64,000 nt of DNA from Thermodesulfobacteriota bacterium (GTDB taxonomy: Bacteria > Desulfobacterota_D > UBA1144 > Nemesobacterales > CSP1-2): positions 1,948 to 65,947 of the forward strand of contig DASWID010000030.1 of NCBI GenBank assembly GCA_036397855.1, read 5' to 3'. The notes under the pieces are model-generated. The model saw only the letters and a program-made list of their open reading frames with translations. It was not told where the DNA came from and searched no databases. The position numbers were made by a program, and so were the translations under genes. Positions 49,723 through 60,934 of the stretch are shown here, piece by piece. The stretch's first letter is position 1; each line of letters begins with the position of its first letter.

Positions 49723-52700
49723 ATGACACGTGACGAGAATAATCTTGATGAAGATCCACTATGGTATAAGGATGCGATTATCTATGAGCTTCATATAAAG
49801 GCCTTTTACGATAGCGACGGGGATGGGATTGGCGATTTTAAAGGGTTAAAGCAGAAGTTGGACTATCTCGAGAATCTAGGGATAACTGCGATCTGGCTTT
49901 TGCCCTTCTATCCGTCTCCCTTCAGGGATGATGGATATGATATAGCCGATTACTACAATATTCATCCCGATTACGGCACCCTTAGAGACTTTAAAGAATT
50001 CTTGAAAGAAGCTCATAGAAGAGGAATTAAAGTAATCACCGAGCTTGTGTTGAATCACACCTCTGATCAGAATGAATGGTTTAAAAAGTCAAGACGAGCT
50101 AACCCCGGCTCAAGATGGAGAGATTATTACGTTTGGAGCGATTCACCAGAAATATATAAAGACGCAAGGATAATATTTAAGGACTTTGAAACCTCGAACT
50201 GGGCATGGGACCCCTTGGCAAAGGCTTACTACTGGCATAGATTTTATTCCCACCAGCCAGATTTAAACTATGAGAATCCCAACGTGCAAAAATCTATGTT
50301 TAAGGTAATCGATTATTGGATGGATATGGGGGTTGATGGGATGCGATTGGATGCCGTCCCATATCTTTTTGAGAGAGAAGGGACGAACTGTGAAAATCTA
50401 CCTGAAACCTTTGAATTCTTAAAGAAACTCAGGTCACATGTTGACTCAAAGTATAAGAACAAAATGTTTCTTGCTGAGGCGAATCAGTGGCCCGAGGATG
50501 TAATTGAATATTTCGGGAATGGTGATAGATGCCATATGGCCTATCACTTCCCTTTGATGCCTAGAATCTTTATGTCATGCTGGATGGAAGATAGATTCCC
50601 AATAACGAACATTTTAGACCAAACTCCCAAAATACCTGACAATAGTCAGTGGGCACTTTTTTTGAGGAATCACGATGAACTTACCCTTGAGATGGTAACG
50701 GATGAAGAGAGGGACTACATGTACAGGATATACGCGAAGGATCCCACTGCGAGGATAAATTTAGGGATTCGCAGACGCTTATCTCCACTCTTGGGGAATC
50801 ATAGAAGAAAGATAGATCTCATGAATTTCCTCCTCTTTTCGTTTCCGGGAACACCCATAATCTATTATGGTGATGAGATAGGGATGGGGGACAATTATTA
50901 CCTCGGAGATAGAAATGGTGTCAGGACTCCGATGCAATGGAGCGCGGATAGAAACGCAGGGTTTTCCCAGGCGAATCCCCAGAAGCTCTATCTTCCAGTA
51001 ATTATAGACCCGGAATATCATTATGAGTCTATCAACATCGAGAATCAGGTGATGAACCAATCATCTCTTCTATGGTGGATGAGGCGCGTTCTGGACATGA
51101 GAAAGCGATTTAAAGCCTTTGGCAGGGGTGATATAGAAATTTTACATACGGACAACCCAAAGGTACTTTCATTTATACGTCGGTATCGGGACGAGATAAT
51201 ACTTGTAGTAGTAAATCTTTCACGTTTTTCGCAGGTGGCAAATATTGACCTTGCCGGGTTTGCTGGCTATATACCTGAGGAGTTATTCAGTAGAAACAAA
51301 TTCCCTACTATCAAAGAATCTCCATATGTCTTTACACTGGGATTTTATGATTATTTTTGGTTTTTATTGAAGAAGGGAGAGGAGGAAATAAGGCTACAGG
51401 ATAGCGAGAGGATTCCACAACTAAGCGTTGACGGCAGTTGGCAAATGGTCTTTAAGGGGAGGTCTAAAGAAAGATTTGAAGAAGAGATCATACCTATTTA
51501 TTTAAGAAGCTGTAGGTGGTTTGGTGGAAAAGCCCGAAAGATACAGGTCTCTACCATCGTGGAAAATATTCGGATGCAATTGAATTCATTTATTGCAAAT
51601 ACTCTGTTGATAGAGGTTAAATACACCGAGGGTTCATCGGATACCTATCTTTTACCTGTTTCTTTCTTGTCGGGCACGGAAGCAGACAACATTAAAAGAG
51701 AAATTCCTCAAGCTGTGATCGCTCATTTAAGATCGAAATCGGGGGATGGAATATTATACGATTGCGTCAATAACGAGGAGTTTCGTAGAAATATACTTCT
51801 TATGATTACTAAAAGGCTGAGTCTTAAGGGCATAAGGGGGGAGTTTAACGCATATCCCGGGAACTATTTAAGAAGATTCAATAAAGCGAGTAAGCTTCCT
51901 TTAGAGAAATCCAGGGTTTTAAAGGTAGAGCAGAGCAATACCTCGTTTATATATGGTAATAAGCTATTTTTTAAGCTTTACAGAAGACTTGATGAAGGCA
52001 TGAATCCTGATCTTGAGATTGAGAGGTTCCTCACGGAGTATAAGTCCTTCCCCAATGTGCCCCCGTTCGCGGGTGCAATTGAGTATAAAAGACGCGGCTC
52101 GGAGCCAATCGTGTTAGGAATCCTACAAGCACTGGTACCAAACCAGGGTGATGCGTGGACCTATACTTTGGATTCAATTGAAGATTATTTTGAGAGAGTT
52201 CGCTCTAAGAATATTGATTTGAAGGAAATACCAAAAACGCCTGGGTTTCTCGTACAGGTAGCCTTTGATGATATACCTGTTCTTATACAGGAATTAATTA
52301 GTGGAGTTTATCTTGAGATGGCAATTCTCTTGGGAAAGAGAACAGCGGAGCTCCACTTAGCCCTTAGTACGGAAGTAGAAGATCCCAACTTTGCGCCTGA
52401 GCCCTTTTCGATTCTTTATCAGAGATCCCTTTACCAATCGATGGAAAGTCTGACCAAAAGGGTTATGGAGATGGTAAGGACTAATTTAAAGACCTTGCCT
52501 GCGGATATAAGAGATAAATTGATTGAGCTCTTGGATCGTGAAAGGGAAATTTTGGATCAGTTCAGGGGAATATACAGGAAAAAGCTCTCTGCAACGAAGA
52601 TAAGGATCCATGGTGATTATCATCTCGGCCAGGTTCTGTTTACGGGAAATGATTTCGTGATAATAGACTTCGAGGGTGAACCGGCAAGGCCATTGAGTGA

Positions 52701-53052
52701 AAGGAGACTGAAAAGATCACCCTTGAGGGACGTCGCGGGAATGATAAGGTCATTTCATTATGCTGTCTTTAATTCTTTATTCAAATATTTGTTGAGGGAT
52801 AAGAAATTCATAGAAGGCATCAAGCCATGGGCTGAAGTTTGGTATAAATTAGTCGCAGGAATTTTTTTAAAATCCTACATAGATACCGCTCGAAATGCGC
52901 CGTTTATACCGAATAACGATGAAGAGTTAGATAGAATGCTCAGGGCGTTCCTTTTGGAAAAGGCGGTTTATGAACTTGGTTACGAATTGAATAATCGTCC
53001 GAGTTGGCTGATCATACCCATTGAGGGAATCAATAATCTTCTGGAGGTTTAG
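49723..53052 (+). CDS. treS: Trehalose synthase fused to maltokinase (TreS-Mak/Pep2)
   Basis: 1109 aa. N-terminal GH13_16 ('[29 protein letters not shown]', '[13 protein letters not shown]'). C-terminal ~450 aa is aminoglycoside-phosphotransferase-like maltokinase ('[12 protein letters not shown]'). Confidence 0.85.
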   Translation: MTRDENNLDEDPLWYKDAIIYELHIKAFYDSDGDGIGDFKGLKQKLDYLENLGITAIWLLPFYPSPFRDDGYDIADYYNIHPDYGTLRDFKEFLKEAHRRGIKVITELVLNHTSDQNEWFKKSRRANPGSRWRDYYVWSDSPEIYKDARIIFKDFETSNWAWDPLAKAYYWHRFYSHQPDLNYENPNVQKSMFKVIDYWMDMGVDGMRLDAVPYLFEREGTNCENLPETFEFLKKLRSHVDSKYKNKMFLAEANQWPEDVIEYFGNGDRCHMAYHFPLMPRIFMSCWMEDRFPITNILDQTPKIPDNSQWALFLRNHDELTLEMVTDEERDYMYRIYAKDPTARINLGIRRRLSPLLGNHRRKIDLMNFLLFSFPGTPIIYYGDEIGMGDNYYLGDRNGVRTPMQWSADRNAGFSQANPQKLYLPVIIDPEYHYESINIENQVMNQSSLLWWMRRVLDMRKRFKAFGRGDIEILHTDNPKVLSFIRRYRDEIILVVVNLSRFSQVANIDLAGFAGYIPEELFSRNKFPTIKESPYVFTLGFYDYFWFLLKKGEEEIRLQDSERIPQLSVDGSWQMVFKGRSKERFEEEIIPIYLRSCRWFGGKARKIQVSTIVENIRMQLNSFIANTLLIEVKYTEGSSDTYLLPVSFLSGTEADNIKREIPQAVIAHLRSKSGDGILYDCVNNEEFRRNILLMITKRLSLKGIRGEFNAYPGNYLRRFNKASKLPLEKSRVLKVEQSNTSFIYGNKLFFKLYRRLDEGMNPDLEIERFLTEYKSFPNVPPFAGAIEYKRRGSEPIVLGILQALVPNQGDAWTYTLDSIEDYFERVRSKNIDLKEIPKTPGFLVQVAFDDIPVLIQELISGVYLEMAILLGKRTAELHLALSTEVEDPNFAPEPFSILYQRSLYQSMESLTKRVMEMVRTNLKTLPADIRDKLIELLDREREILDQFRGIYRKKLSATKIRIHGDYHLGQVLFTGNDFVIIDFEGEPARPLSERRLKRSPLRDVAGMIRSFHYAVFNSLFKYLLRDKKFIEGIKPWAEVWYKLVAGIFLKSYIDTARNAPFIPNNDEELDRMLRAFLLEKAVYELGYELNNRPSWLIIPIEGINNLLEV

Positions 53053-53057
53053 TAGGA

Positions 53058-55001
53058 ATGTCAGGAAAGTCGAATGGGGAAGAGAAGGGAGCTACAAATG
53101 TTCTATCCGGCATCAGTCTCTTTACGGAACATGACATTTATCTCTTTAAAGAGGGAAACCATTTTAAGCTTTACGACAAATTCGGATCGCACCCGATGGA
53201 GGTTGACGGTAAGAAAGGTACCTATTTTTCAGTTTGGGCTCCAAACGCTGAGAGGGTCTCATTAATCGGAGATTTCAACGGTTGGAATACTGACTCCGAC
53301 CCGCTTTATAGCAGATGGGATGGGTCTGGCATCTGGGAGGGGTTTGCTCCTAAAATTGCAACGGGTGAGGTTTATAAATATCACATAGTTTCGAAGTTAA
53401 AGAATTACGAGGTAGAAAAGGGTGACCCCTTTGCATTTTATTGGGAGACTCCACCACGCACAGCTGCAAAAGTGTGGGATCTAAATTATGATTGGGGTGA
53501 CGATGAATGGATGAGAAATAGATATAAATCTAATGCATTAAACTCCCCGATCTCTGCATACGAAGTGCATCTCGGGTCATGGAGAAGGGTTCCGGAGGAA
53601 GGTGATAGATTTCTTACTTACAGAGAACTAGCGCCTTACCTTGCGCAATATGTTAAAGAGACGGAGTTCACCCATGTGGAATTTTTACCCATTATGGAGC
53701 ATCCGTTTTATGGTTCATGGGGCTATCAGACTCTTGGATATTTTGCCCCTTCAAGCAGGTATGGAACACCGCAGGATTTCATGTATTTGGTCGATCACCT
53801 GCATAAGCACGGGATAGGAGTCATTCTCGACTGGGTTCCTTCTCATTTCCCGAGCGATGAGTTTGGCCTTGTCTATTTCGACGGAACTCACCTGTACGAG
53901 CATGAAGATCCAAAAAAGGGATTTCATCCGGAATGGAACACTTATATCTTCAATTATGGAAGAAATGAAGTAAGGGCATTTTTGATAAGTAGTGCCCTCT
54001 TTTGGCTTGATAAGTACCATATTGACGGGTTGCGGGTTGACGCTGTGGCATCCATGCTCTATCTGGACTACGGTAGAAAAGAAGGAGAATGGATACCAAA
54101 CCAGTATGGAGGAAAGGAGAATATTGAGGCAATAAGCCTTATTAAAAAATTAAACGAGGCGGTCTACCTAAGCCATCCCGATGTACAGACCATTGCTGAG
54201 GAATCCACTGCATGGCCTATGGTCTCAAGGCCGTCGTATGTCGGTGGCCTTGGATTTGGAATGAAATGGAATATGGGGTGGATGCACGATACCATTGATT
54301 ATTTCTCTACTGATCCAGTATATAGAAAGTTTCACCAGAACCAACTTACGTTTAGCATTTGGTACGCATTCGCAGAAAACTTTTTTCTTTCCCTTTCTCA
54401 TGATGAAGTTGTTTATGGAAAGGGGTCTCTACTCAGAAAAATGCCCGGAGATGATTGGCAAAAGTATGCAAACCTCAGGGCTTTATTCGGTTATATGTTC
54501 GGACATCCGGGTAAAAAGCTCCTTTTCATGGGTGGAGAGTTTGGGCAATGGAATGAGTGGTACCATGAAGCGAGTCTGGATTGGGACCTGCTGGAGTATC
54601 CTCCACACCGGGGTGTAAAAGACTGGGTTCAAGATCTTAATCACCTTTATAGAAATGAGCCGGCAATGCATGAGCTTGACTTCAGCATTGAGGGCTTTGA
54701 GTGGATAGAGTTCAGGGATTCTGAGAGCAGCGTAATTAGTTTTATCAGAAAGCCTAAAAGCACAAGCGATATTATGTTGATAGTATGCAATTTTACACCG
54801 GTTCCGAGATACAACTACAGGGTAGGCGTACCGAGAGGAGGCTTTTGGCGAGAGGTACTTAATAGCGATGCAACTATATATGGAGGAGGTGGTCATGGTA
54901 ACGCGGGTGGCGTTGGAGCGACCCCTGTACCAATACATGGAAGATACAATTCTATCTCTCTAACCCTACCGCCTTTAGGTGTGTTGTTTTTTAAGAGCTA
55001 A
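53058..55001 (+). CDS. glgB: 1,4-alpha-glucan branching enzyme (short form)
   Basis: 647 aa. '[20 protein letters not shown]', '[15 protein letters not shown]' GH13_9. Confidence 0.9.
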   Translation: MSGKSNGEEKGATNVLSGISLFTEHDIYLFKEGNHFKLYDKFGSHPMEVDGKKGTYFSVWAPNAERVSLIGDFNGWNTDSDPLYSRWDGSGIWEGFAPKIATGEVYKYHIVSKLKNYEVEKGDPFAFYWETPPRTAAKVWDLNYDWGDDEWMRNRYKSNALNSPISAYEVHLGSWRRVPEEGDRFLTYRELAPYLAQYVKETEFTHVEFLPIMEHPFYGSWGYQTLGYFAPSSRYGTPQDFMYLVDHLHKHGIGVILDWVPSHFPSDEFGLVYFDGTHLYEHEDPKKGFHPEWNTYIFNYGRNEVRAFLISSALFWLDKYHIDGLRVDAVASMLYLDYGRKEGEWIPNQYGGKENIEAISLIKKLNEAVYLSHPDVQTIAEESTAWPMVSRPSYVGGLGFGMKWNMGWMHDTIDYFSTDPVYRKFHQNQLTFSIWYAFAENFFLSLSHDEVVYGKGSLLRKMPGDDWQKYANLRALFGYMFGHPGKKLLFMGGEFGQWNEWYHEASLDWDLLEYPPHRGVKDWVQDLNHLYRNEPAMHELDFSIEGFEWIEFRDSESSVISFIRKPKSTSDIMLIVCNFTPVPRYNYRVGVPRGGFWREVLNSDATIYGGGGHGNAGGVGATPVPIHGRYNSISLTLPPLGVLFFKS

Positions 55002-55059
55002 GGTAAAAGGGAATAATATTTTTCCCCTCTCATCATATGCCTGTCCCGTTATCCAGTGC

Positions 55060-55210
55060 CAGCCGACTGATAATATTTTCTGCGAGTAATAATGTTTATG
55101 ATGCTTCGACAGGCTCAGCATGAATGGTTTTGTTCGAATACCGTTCGCACTGAGCCTCGGCTGAGCAGTGAGCATGTCGAACTGTCGAAGTGCTTGGTCG
55201 AAGGGCATTA
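55060..55210. repeat. REP/BIME-like palindromic repeat cluster downstream of glgB
   Basis: 'gcttcgacaggctcagcatgaatgg … ccgttcgcactgagcctcggctgagcagtgagcatgtcgaactgtcgaagtgcttggtcgaagggc'. Same family as at 10535 and 15775-15940. Confidence 0.6.
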
Positions 55211-55457
55211 TTAGCAGGCTTAAATCCTTCTAAATTATCCCTCAAAAATGACAGGCTCGACCGGGAAATATAGGGTACCCTATTCTCCCTTATTACTTTT
55301 TAATTTCTAACTTATTTTATAGATAATCGAGAATGCCGGATTTCATAGTTTCTTCTAAATCTTATGGAAATCTAAAGATTTCCGCTACAATACTATCTTT
55401 CTATAATCGAATTGTTTTGACTTCTAAGAAATCTTTATTTTTCAGCGTAGTGAATAA

Positions 55458-57305
55458 ATGAAAATAGGCGCGAATTATTTAGGAAACGGTAATTGCGAAT
55501 TTGTGGTTTGGGCTACCTTTCGGGAAAAGGTTGAATTATTGATATTTTCGCCTCTGCCGGAGAAAGGAACTTCTCCCGTAGTTTTCCCAATGGAAAAGGA
55601 TGAGCTGGGTTACTGGAAAACTCTTGTTGAAGACGTTTATCCTGGGACACTTTATTTATACAGACTTGATGGTGAAAAAGAAAGGCCCGACCCCGCATCA
55701 TATTGTCAGCCAAAAGGAGTTCATGGACCGTCACAGGTAATTGACCACAATTCATCTCATCGGGAAGACAGTAATTGGGGGGGGATAGATATTGCTCATA
55801 TGATAATGTATGAGATTCACACTGGTACGTTTACTCCAGAGGGAACTTTCGAGGCCATAATCCCCAGACTTGATGCAATGCTTGATTTGGGAATAAATGC
55901 AATTGAGTTAATGCCTGTTGCACAGTTTCCAGGAGAAAGAAATTGGGGATACGACGGAGTGTTTCCCTATGCTCCTCAAATCAGTTATGGAGGTCCAAAG
56001 GGACTAATAAAGCTTATTAATGAGTGTCATAAAAGGGGGCTGGCTTTTATCCTGGATGTTGTCTACAATCACCTTGGTCCTGAGGGTAACTATCTTCGTG
56101 ATTATGGACCATATTTTACGGATAAATACAGGACACCATGGGGAAACGCGATAAATTTCGATGATGCTTATAGCGACGAGGTAAGGGATTTCTTTATCCA
56201 GAATGCGATCTTCTGGTTCGAGAAGTATCATGTTGATGCTCTCAGGCTAGATGCAATACATGCCATGTATGATTTTAGCGCTAAACACATCCTAGAAGAA
56301 CTTGCCGAAAAGGTTGAAGAACTTTCGGAAAAAGAAGATAGGAAATTTTATCTGATAGCGGAAAGCGATCTAAATGATTCCAGGATAATAGAGGGAAGAA
56401 AATTTGGAGGGTATGGGATTGATGCACAGTGGTGTGATGATTTTCATCATTCACTTCACACCCTACTTACAGGTGAGCGTTCAGGCTATTACTTGGATTT
56501 TGGAAAGACGGAATACCTTATAAGAGCCTTGAAAGAAGGATTTGTTTATTCCGGGCAATATTCAGTTTACAGGAAGAGAAGACATGGTAATTCACCAAAG
56601 GAAAGGTCGGGTAAGAAATTTGTAGTCTATTCTCATAATCATGACCACATAGGTAACAGGTTACAGGGAGAGAGGCTCTCTACCTTGATTTCATTTGAAG
56701 GATTAAAACTTGCTGCCGGCGTGGTTCTGCTCTCCCCCTACATTCCGTTTTTATTTATGGGAGAAGAGTATGGCGAAGACGCACCCTTCTTATATTTCGT
56801 AAGTCATTCTGATCCCGATCTCATACAGGCGGTGAGAAAAGGGAGAAAGGAGGAATTTGAATCTTTCGACTGGAAGGGAGAGCTGCCTGATCCACAGAGT
56901 TCAGAAAACTATGTCAATTCAAGAATAGATTGGGAAAAGAGGAATGAAGGTTCACATAACGTTTTGTTAAATTACTACAGGGAGCTTATAAAGCTCAGGA
57001 GAGAAATTCCAGCCCTATCTAACCTGAATAAGGACAATCTTGAAGTATGGGGATTAGAAAAGGAGAAGGTTGTATTTATGAGAAGGTGGGATGATCAGCA
57101 GGACACGCATGTTTTCTCCATCTTTAATTTGAGCGAATCAAATTTAGACATACATAGCCAATTTCCAGACGGTAGATGGAAAAAGTTGCTAGATTCTTCT
57201 GAAAAAAAATGGAACGGGCAGGGAAGTTTAACCCCGGAATTAATAGGATCTCAAGATGAAGTTGCTGTCAGAGGATATGGTCTTAGTCTCTTCATAAAAA
57301 TCTAG
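55458..57305 (+). CDS. treZ: Malto-oligosyltrehalose trehalohydrolase
   Basis: 615 aa. 'NGNCEFVVWA' N-terminal E-set domain and GH13_10 core ('[19 protein letters not shown]', 'DALRLDAIHAM'). Confidence 0.85.
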   Translation: MKIGANYLGNGNCEFVVWATFREKVELLIFSPLPEKGTSPVVFPMEKDELGYWKTLVEDVYPGTLYLYRLDGEKERPDPASYCQPKGVHGPSQVIDHNSSHREDSNWGGIDIAHMIMYEIHTGTFTPEGTFEAIIPRLDAMLDLGINAIELMPVAQFPGERNWGYDGVFPYAPQISYGGPKGLIKLINECHKRGLAFILDVVYNHLGPEGNYLRDYGPYFTDKYRTPWGNAINFDDAYSDEVRDFFIQNAIFWFEKYHVDALRLDAIHAMYDFSAKHILEELAEKVEELSEKEDRKFYLIAESDLNDSRIIEGRKFGGYGIDAQWCDDFHHSLHTLLTGERSGYYLDFGKTEYLIRALKEGFVYSGQYSVYRKRRHGNSPKERSGKKFVVYSHNHDHIGNRLQGERLSTLISFEGLKLAAGVVLLSPYIPFLFMGEEYGEDAPFLYFVSHSDPDLIQAVRKGRKEEFESFDWKGELPDPQSSENYVNSRIDWEKRNEGSHNVLLNYYRELIKLRREIPALSNLNKDNLEVWGLEKEKVVFMRRWDDQQDTHVFSIFNLSESNLDIHSQFPDGRWKKLLDSSEKKWNGQGSLTPELIGSQDEVAVRGYGLSLFIKI

Positions 57306-57433
57306 GGGTGAGATTCTTATCGGCCGGTTTGTGAAACGGGGCCTACAATGATGTATAATCGTCCCCGTCGGCGTGTGTTTCTTAAAACGTAAAAGTATCT
57401 CGATTCTCCGAATTCATAAGAACAGAAGATTTC

Positions 57434-58507
57434 ATGAAAATTGGTAAGTATGAATTTGAGCCACTTAGCTTATTATTGATATTTATCCCAATTGCGATTG
57501 TTTTGAAACTTTCTCATGCAAACCCAATTTGGATTTTCGCTACATCCGCATTGGCAATTATCCCACTCGCCGGATTCATTGGTAAAGCGACAGAAGAATT
57601 AGCCAAGGTCGTTGGTGCCGGTCTGGGTGGTTTGTTGAATGCTACATTTGGTAACGCGGCGGAATTGATTATTGCTCTAATTGCGCTGCGCCGAGGATTA
57701 TTCGATATAGTCAAAGCGTCTTTAACAGGTTCAATCATCGGTAATATTCTCCTGGTTCTTGGAATGAGTGTTCTAGTTGGGGGTATTCGATATGATAAAC
57801 AGGTTTTTAATAGAACAGCATCCAGCCTTGGTTCAACTTTATTGGCATTGAGTGCTATAGGACTGGTGATACCAGCCCTATTTCATATAATTGTCATAAA
57901 GGCACCAGCGATTGAACACGAGCTAAGTTTATTGATTGCAATAGTTCTTCTGATAACTTACTTTCTTAGCCTCATTTTTTCACTTTACACCCACCGGCAT
58001 CTCTATTTGGGTAAGGCTGCCCTGATTAAAGAAGAAGAGCATCCTGAGTGGGGTAAGAATAAGTCTTTCATGATATTGATCCTAGCAGTGGTTGGGGTTG
58101 CGCTCATGAGTGAATTCCTTGTTGGTGCTGTTGAAGTTACTGCTGAAACATTCGGAATGACGGACGTTTTTATAGGTGTGATTGTTGTTGCTATAATAGG
58201 GAATGCTGCTGAGCACAGCACAGCCATACTTGTTGCTTATAAAAATAAAATGGACCTCGCCATGACTATCGCAATTGGCTCTAGCATCCAGATAGCGCTT
58301 TTTGTTGCACCAATACTTGTATTTGCTAGCTATCTTTTTGGTGAGCCTATGGATCTTATCTTTACTGACTTAGAGGTTGTCTCAGTCGGCATTTCCGTCT
58401 GGATTCTCAGTCTGATAGCCCATGATGGTGAATCTAACTGGATGGAAGGAGTTCAATTATTGGCAGTTTATCTTATACTTGCCGTTGCTTTTTATTTTCT
58501 TCCCTGA
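57434..58507 (+). CDS. Ca2+/H+ antiporter (CaCA family, ChaA/YfkE-like)
   Basis: 357 aa. Two alpha-repeats, '[10 protein letters not shown]' and '[10 protein letters not shown]'. Confidence 0.8.
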   Translation: MKIGKYEFEPLSLLLIFIPIAIVLKLSHANPIWIFATSALAIIPLAGFIGKATEELAKVVGAGLGGLLNATFGNAAELIIALIALRRGLFDIVKASLTGSIIGNILLVLGMSVLVGGIRYDKQVFNRTASSLGSTLLALSAIGLVIPALFHIIVIKAPAIEHELSLLIAIVLLITYFLSLIFSLYTHRHLYLGKAALIKEEEHPEWGKNKSFMILILAVVGVALMSEFLVGAVEVTAETFGMTDVFIGVIVVAIIGNAAEHSTAILVAYKNKMDLAMTIAIGSSIQIALFVAPILVFASYLFGEPMDLIFTDLEVVSVGISVWILSLIAHDGESNWMEGVQLLAVYLILAVAFYFLP

Positions 58508-58703
58508 CGCGAAAATATAGTTTAATAAAGTTTGTCTTTGTCCTTGAGTCGGATAACTGCTTAATTTATTTCTCAATTTTAGTTATTGGTTCCAAAATTT
58601 AGTGCTCTGGACAAACTGCAGTTTTGGACTAAAATCTTTCCGAATTAATTTAGTGACCCGACCTCGGTCGGTTAACATATTAACCTTTTTATAAAGAGCG
58701 TAT

Positions 58704-60902
58704 ATGCAAAGGAACAAGTTGATAAATGGATCGATGAACATGTGGCCTGGCCAACCCTATCCATTGGGGGCGACCTGGGACGGCGCGGGGGTCAATTTCT
58801 CCTTGTTCTCCGAAAATGCAACTGCTGTGGAGTTATGTCTGTTCGATAGCCCTGAAGGGGGAAAGGAAATAGCGAGGATACCCATAAAAGATCAGACAGA
58901 TCAGATTTGGCATTTATATCTACCAGAGGCCCGTCCGGGTCAACTATATGGTTACAGGGTTTACGGACCATATGAACCGAAGGGGGGGCACCGCTTCAAC
59001 CCGAGCAAGTTATTACTCGATCCTTATGCAAAGGCCATTGCTGGTACTGTTCAGTGGAGTGATGCCTTATTTGGTTACGCTGTGGGTCACACCGATGCTG
59101 ATCTATCATTTGACGAAAGGGATAGCTCTTTGGGAATTCCGAAATGCGTAGTTGTTGATCCGGCATTCAGTTGGGGAGACGATAGTCCCCCACGTATCCC
59201 CTGGCATAAGACAATCATATATGAGCTACATGTAAAGGGCTATACAGCTCTTCATCCCGATGTGCCAGCAGAGTTGAGGGGTACTTACGCCGGACTTACT
59301 TGTCCAGCCTTATTGAAGTATTTGACGGATCTTGGCATAACAGCGGTGGAATTAATGCCTGTGCATCAATTTGTGGCAGACAAACGTCTGGTTGATCGGG
59401 GACTTACTAACTACTGGGGTTATAACTCTATTGGATTTTTCGCATCAGATCCAAGGTATTCAAGTTCAGGTGTAATGGGTCAACAGGTATCCGAGTTCAA
59501 GACACTCGTAAAGACACTGCATAGAGAGGGCATAGAGGTTATTCTGGACGTTGTCTACAATCACACTGCAGAAGGTAATCACTTGGGTCCAACCCTCTGT
59601 TTTCGGGGTATTGACAATGCCGCTTATTACCGCCTGCTGGCTGACAACAAGAGATACCATGTTGACTACACAGGTACCGGAAATACGCTGGATATGACTC
59701 ATCCGCGTGTATTGCAGCTAATCATGGATAGTCTTAGGTATTGGATACAGGAAATGCATGTAGATGGTTTCCGTTTTGATCTGGCATCGGCGCTGGCAAG
59801 GGAACTTCATGAGGTGGACCGTCTCGGGGCATTTTTCGACATAATACATCAGGATCCTGTAATTTCCCAGGTGAAACTGATTGCCGAGCCATGGGACCTT
59901 GGCGAGGGCGGTTACCAGGTAGGCAATTTTCCGGTTCTATGGGCTGAGTGGAACGGGAAATACAGGGATACCGTTCGGAGGTTTTGGAGGGGTGACAGTG
60001 CCCAGGTAAGCCGCCTGGCATACCGTCTGACAGGTAGCAGCGATCTGTACGAACATGGGGGCCGCCTCCCTTATGCCAGTATCAACTTTGTAACTGCACA
60101 TGACGGTTTCACCCTGCGCGACCTCGTAAGCTATAACGAAAAGCATAATGAGGCGAATGGGGAAGCTAACCACGATGGAACCGATGATAACTTGAGCTGG
60201 AACTGTGGGGCTGAAGGTCCAACCAATGACCCTTTCATACTGTCAATCAGAGCCCGCCAGCAACGTAATTTTCTCGCCACCTTAATTTTCTCACAGGGAG
60301 TACAAATGCTTTTAGCAGGGGACGAAATTGGACGCACTCAGCAAGGTAACAACAACGCCTACTGCCAGGATAACGACATTTCATGGGTTGATTGGAACCT
60401 AGACCAGTCGAAGCTGGAGCTGTTGAGCTTTACAAAAAAGCTGATAAGGATTATTCATCATCATCCAGCTCTCCATAGGCGTCACTTTTTCCAGGGAAGA
60501 AAGATCTTGGGTTCTGAGGTAAAGGATCTAACCTGGTTTCGACCGGATGGAAAGGAAATGACTGAAGAGGACTGGAACAACCCCAATACGCGGTGCATAG
60601 GTCTGCGTCTGGCAGGCGATGCTATTGAAGAGATTGATGCGCGTGGCAACAGAATAGTGGATGACACACTTCTAATTCTTCTAAATGCCCACCACGAGCC
60701 TGTTCCATTCGTATTACCAGCTCATAGGCCAAAAATGCGTTGGGAGCTTTTACTCGATACAAGGGAGGCTACGGGTAGAGGACCTAACCGACTAGTGGGG
60801 GGAGGGGTGACATACGATCTTGAGGGAAGATCTCTAGCCCTTTTTAGACTGAGAAGCCGCGAGGGTCCGATGACGCGTAACGAGGACGATTTGCCGGTGT
60901 AA
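58704..60902 (+). CDS. glgX: Glycogen debranching enzyme GlgX/TreX
   Basis: 732 aa. '[29 protein letters not shown]', '[18 protein letters not shown]' GH13_11. The true start may be the Met at ~58734. Confidence 0.85.
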   Translation: MQRNKLINGSMNMWPGQPYPLGATWDGAGVNFSLFSENATAVELCLFDSPEGGKEIARIPIKDQTDQIWHLYLPEARPGQLYGYRVYGPYEPKGGHRFNPSKLLLDPYAKAIAGTVQWSDALFGYAVGHTDADLSFDERDSSLGIPKCVVVDPAFSWGDDSPPRIPWHKTIIYELHVKGYTALHPDVPAELRGTYAGLTCPALLKYLTDLGITAVELMPVHQFVADKRLVDRGLTNYWGYNSIGFFASDPRYSSSGVMGQQVSEFKTLVKTLHREGIEVILDVVYNHTAEGNHLGPTLCFRGIDNAAYYRLLADNKRYHVDYTGTGNTLDMTHPRVLQLIMDSLRYWIQEMHVDGFRFDLASALARELHEVDRLGAFFDIIHQDPVISQVKLIAEPWDLGEGGYQVGNFPVLWAEWNGKYRDTVRRFWRGDSAQVSRLAYRLTGSSDLYEHGGRLPYASINFVTAHDGFTLRDLVSYNEKHNEANGEANHDGTDDNLSWNCGAEGPTNDPFILSIRARQQRNFLATLIFSQGVQMLLAGDEIGRTQQGNNNAYCQDNDISWVDWNLDQSKLELLSFTKKLIRIIHHHPALHRRHFFQGRKILGSEVKDLTWFRPDGKEMTEEDWNNPNTRCIGLRLAGDAIEEIDARGNRIVDDTLLILLNAHHEPVPFVLPAHRPKMRWELLLDTREATGRGPNRLVGGGVTYDLEGRSLALFRLRSREGPMTRNEDDLPV

Positions 60903-60934
60903 GCTGGTGAACCGTATATGGTAACCTTTATGGT

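Noticed and set aside
54295-54938. ORFs 54295-54618 (+) and 54483-54938 (-) inside glgB
   Set aside because: Both overlap the strongly supported glgB reading frame. Out-of-frame or antisense artefacts.
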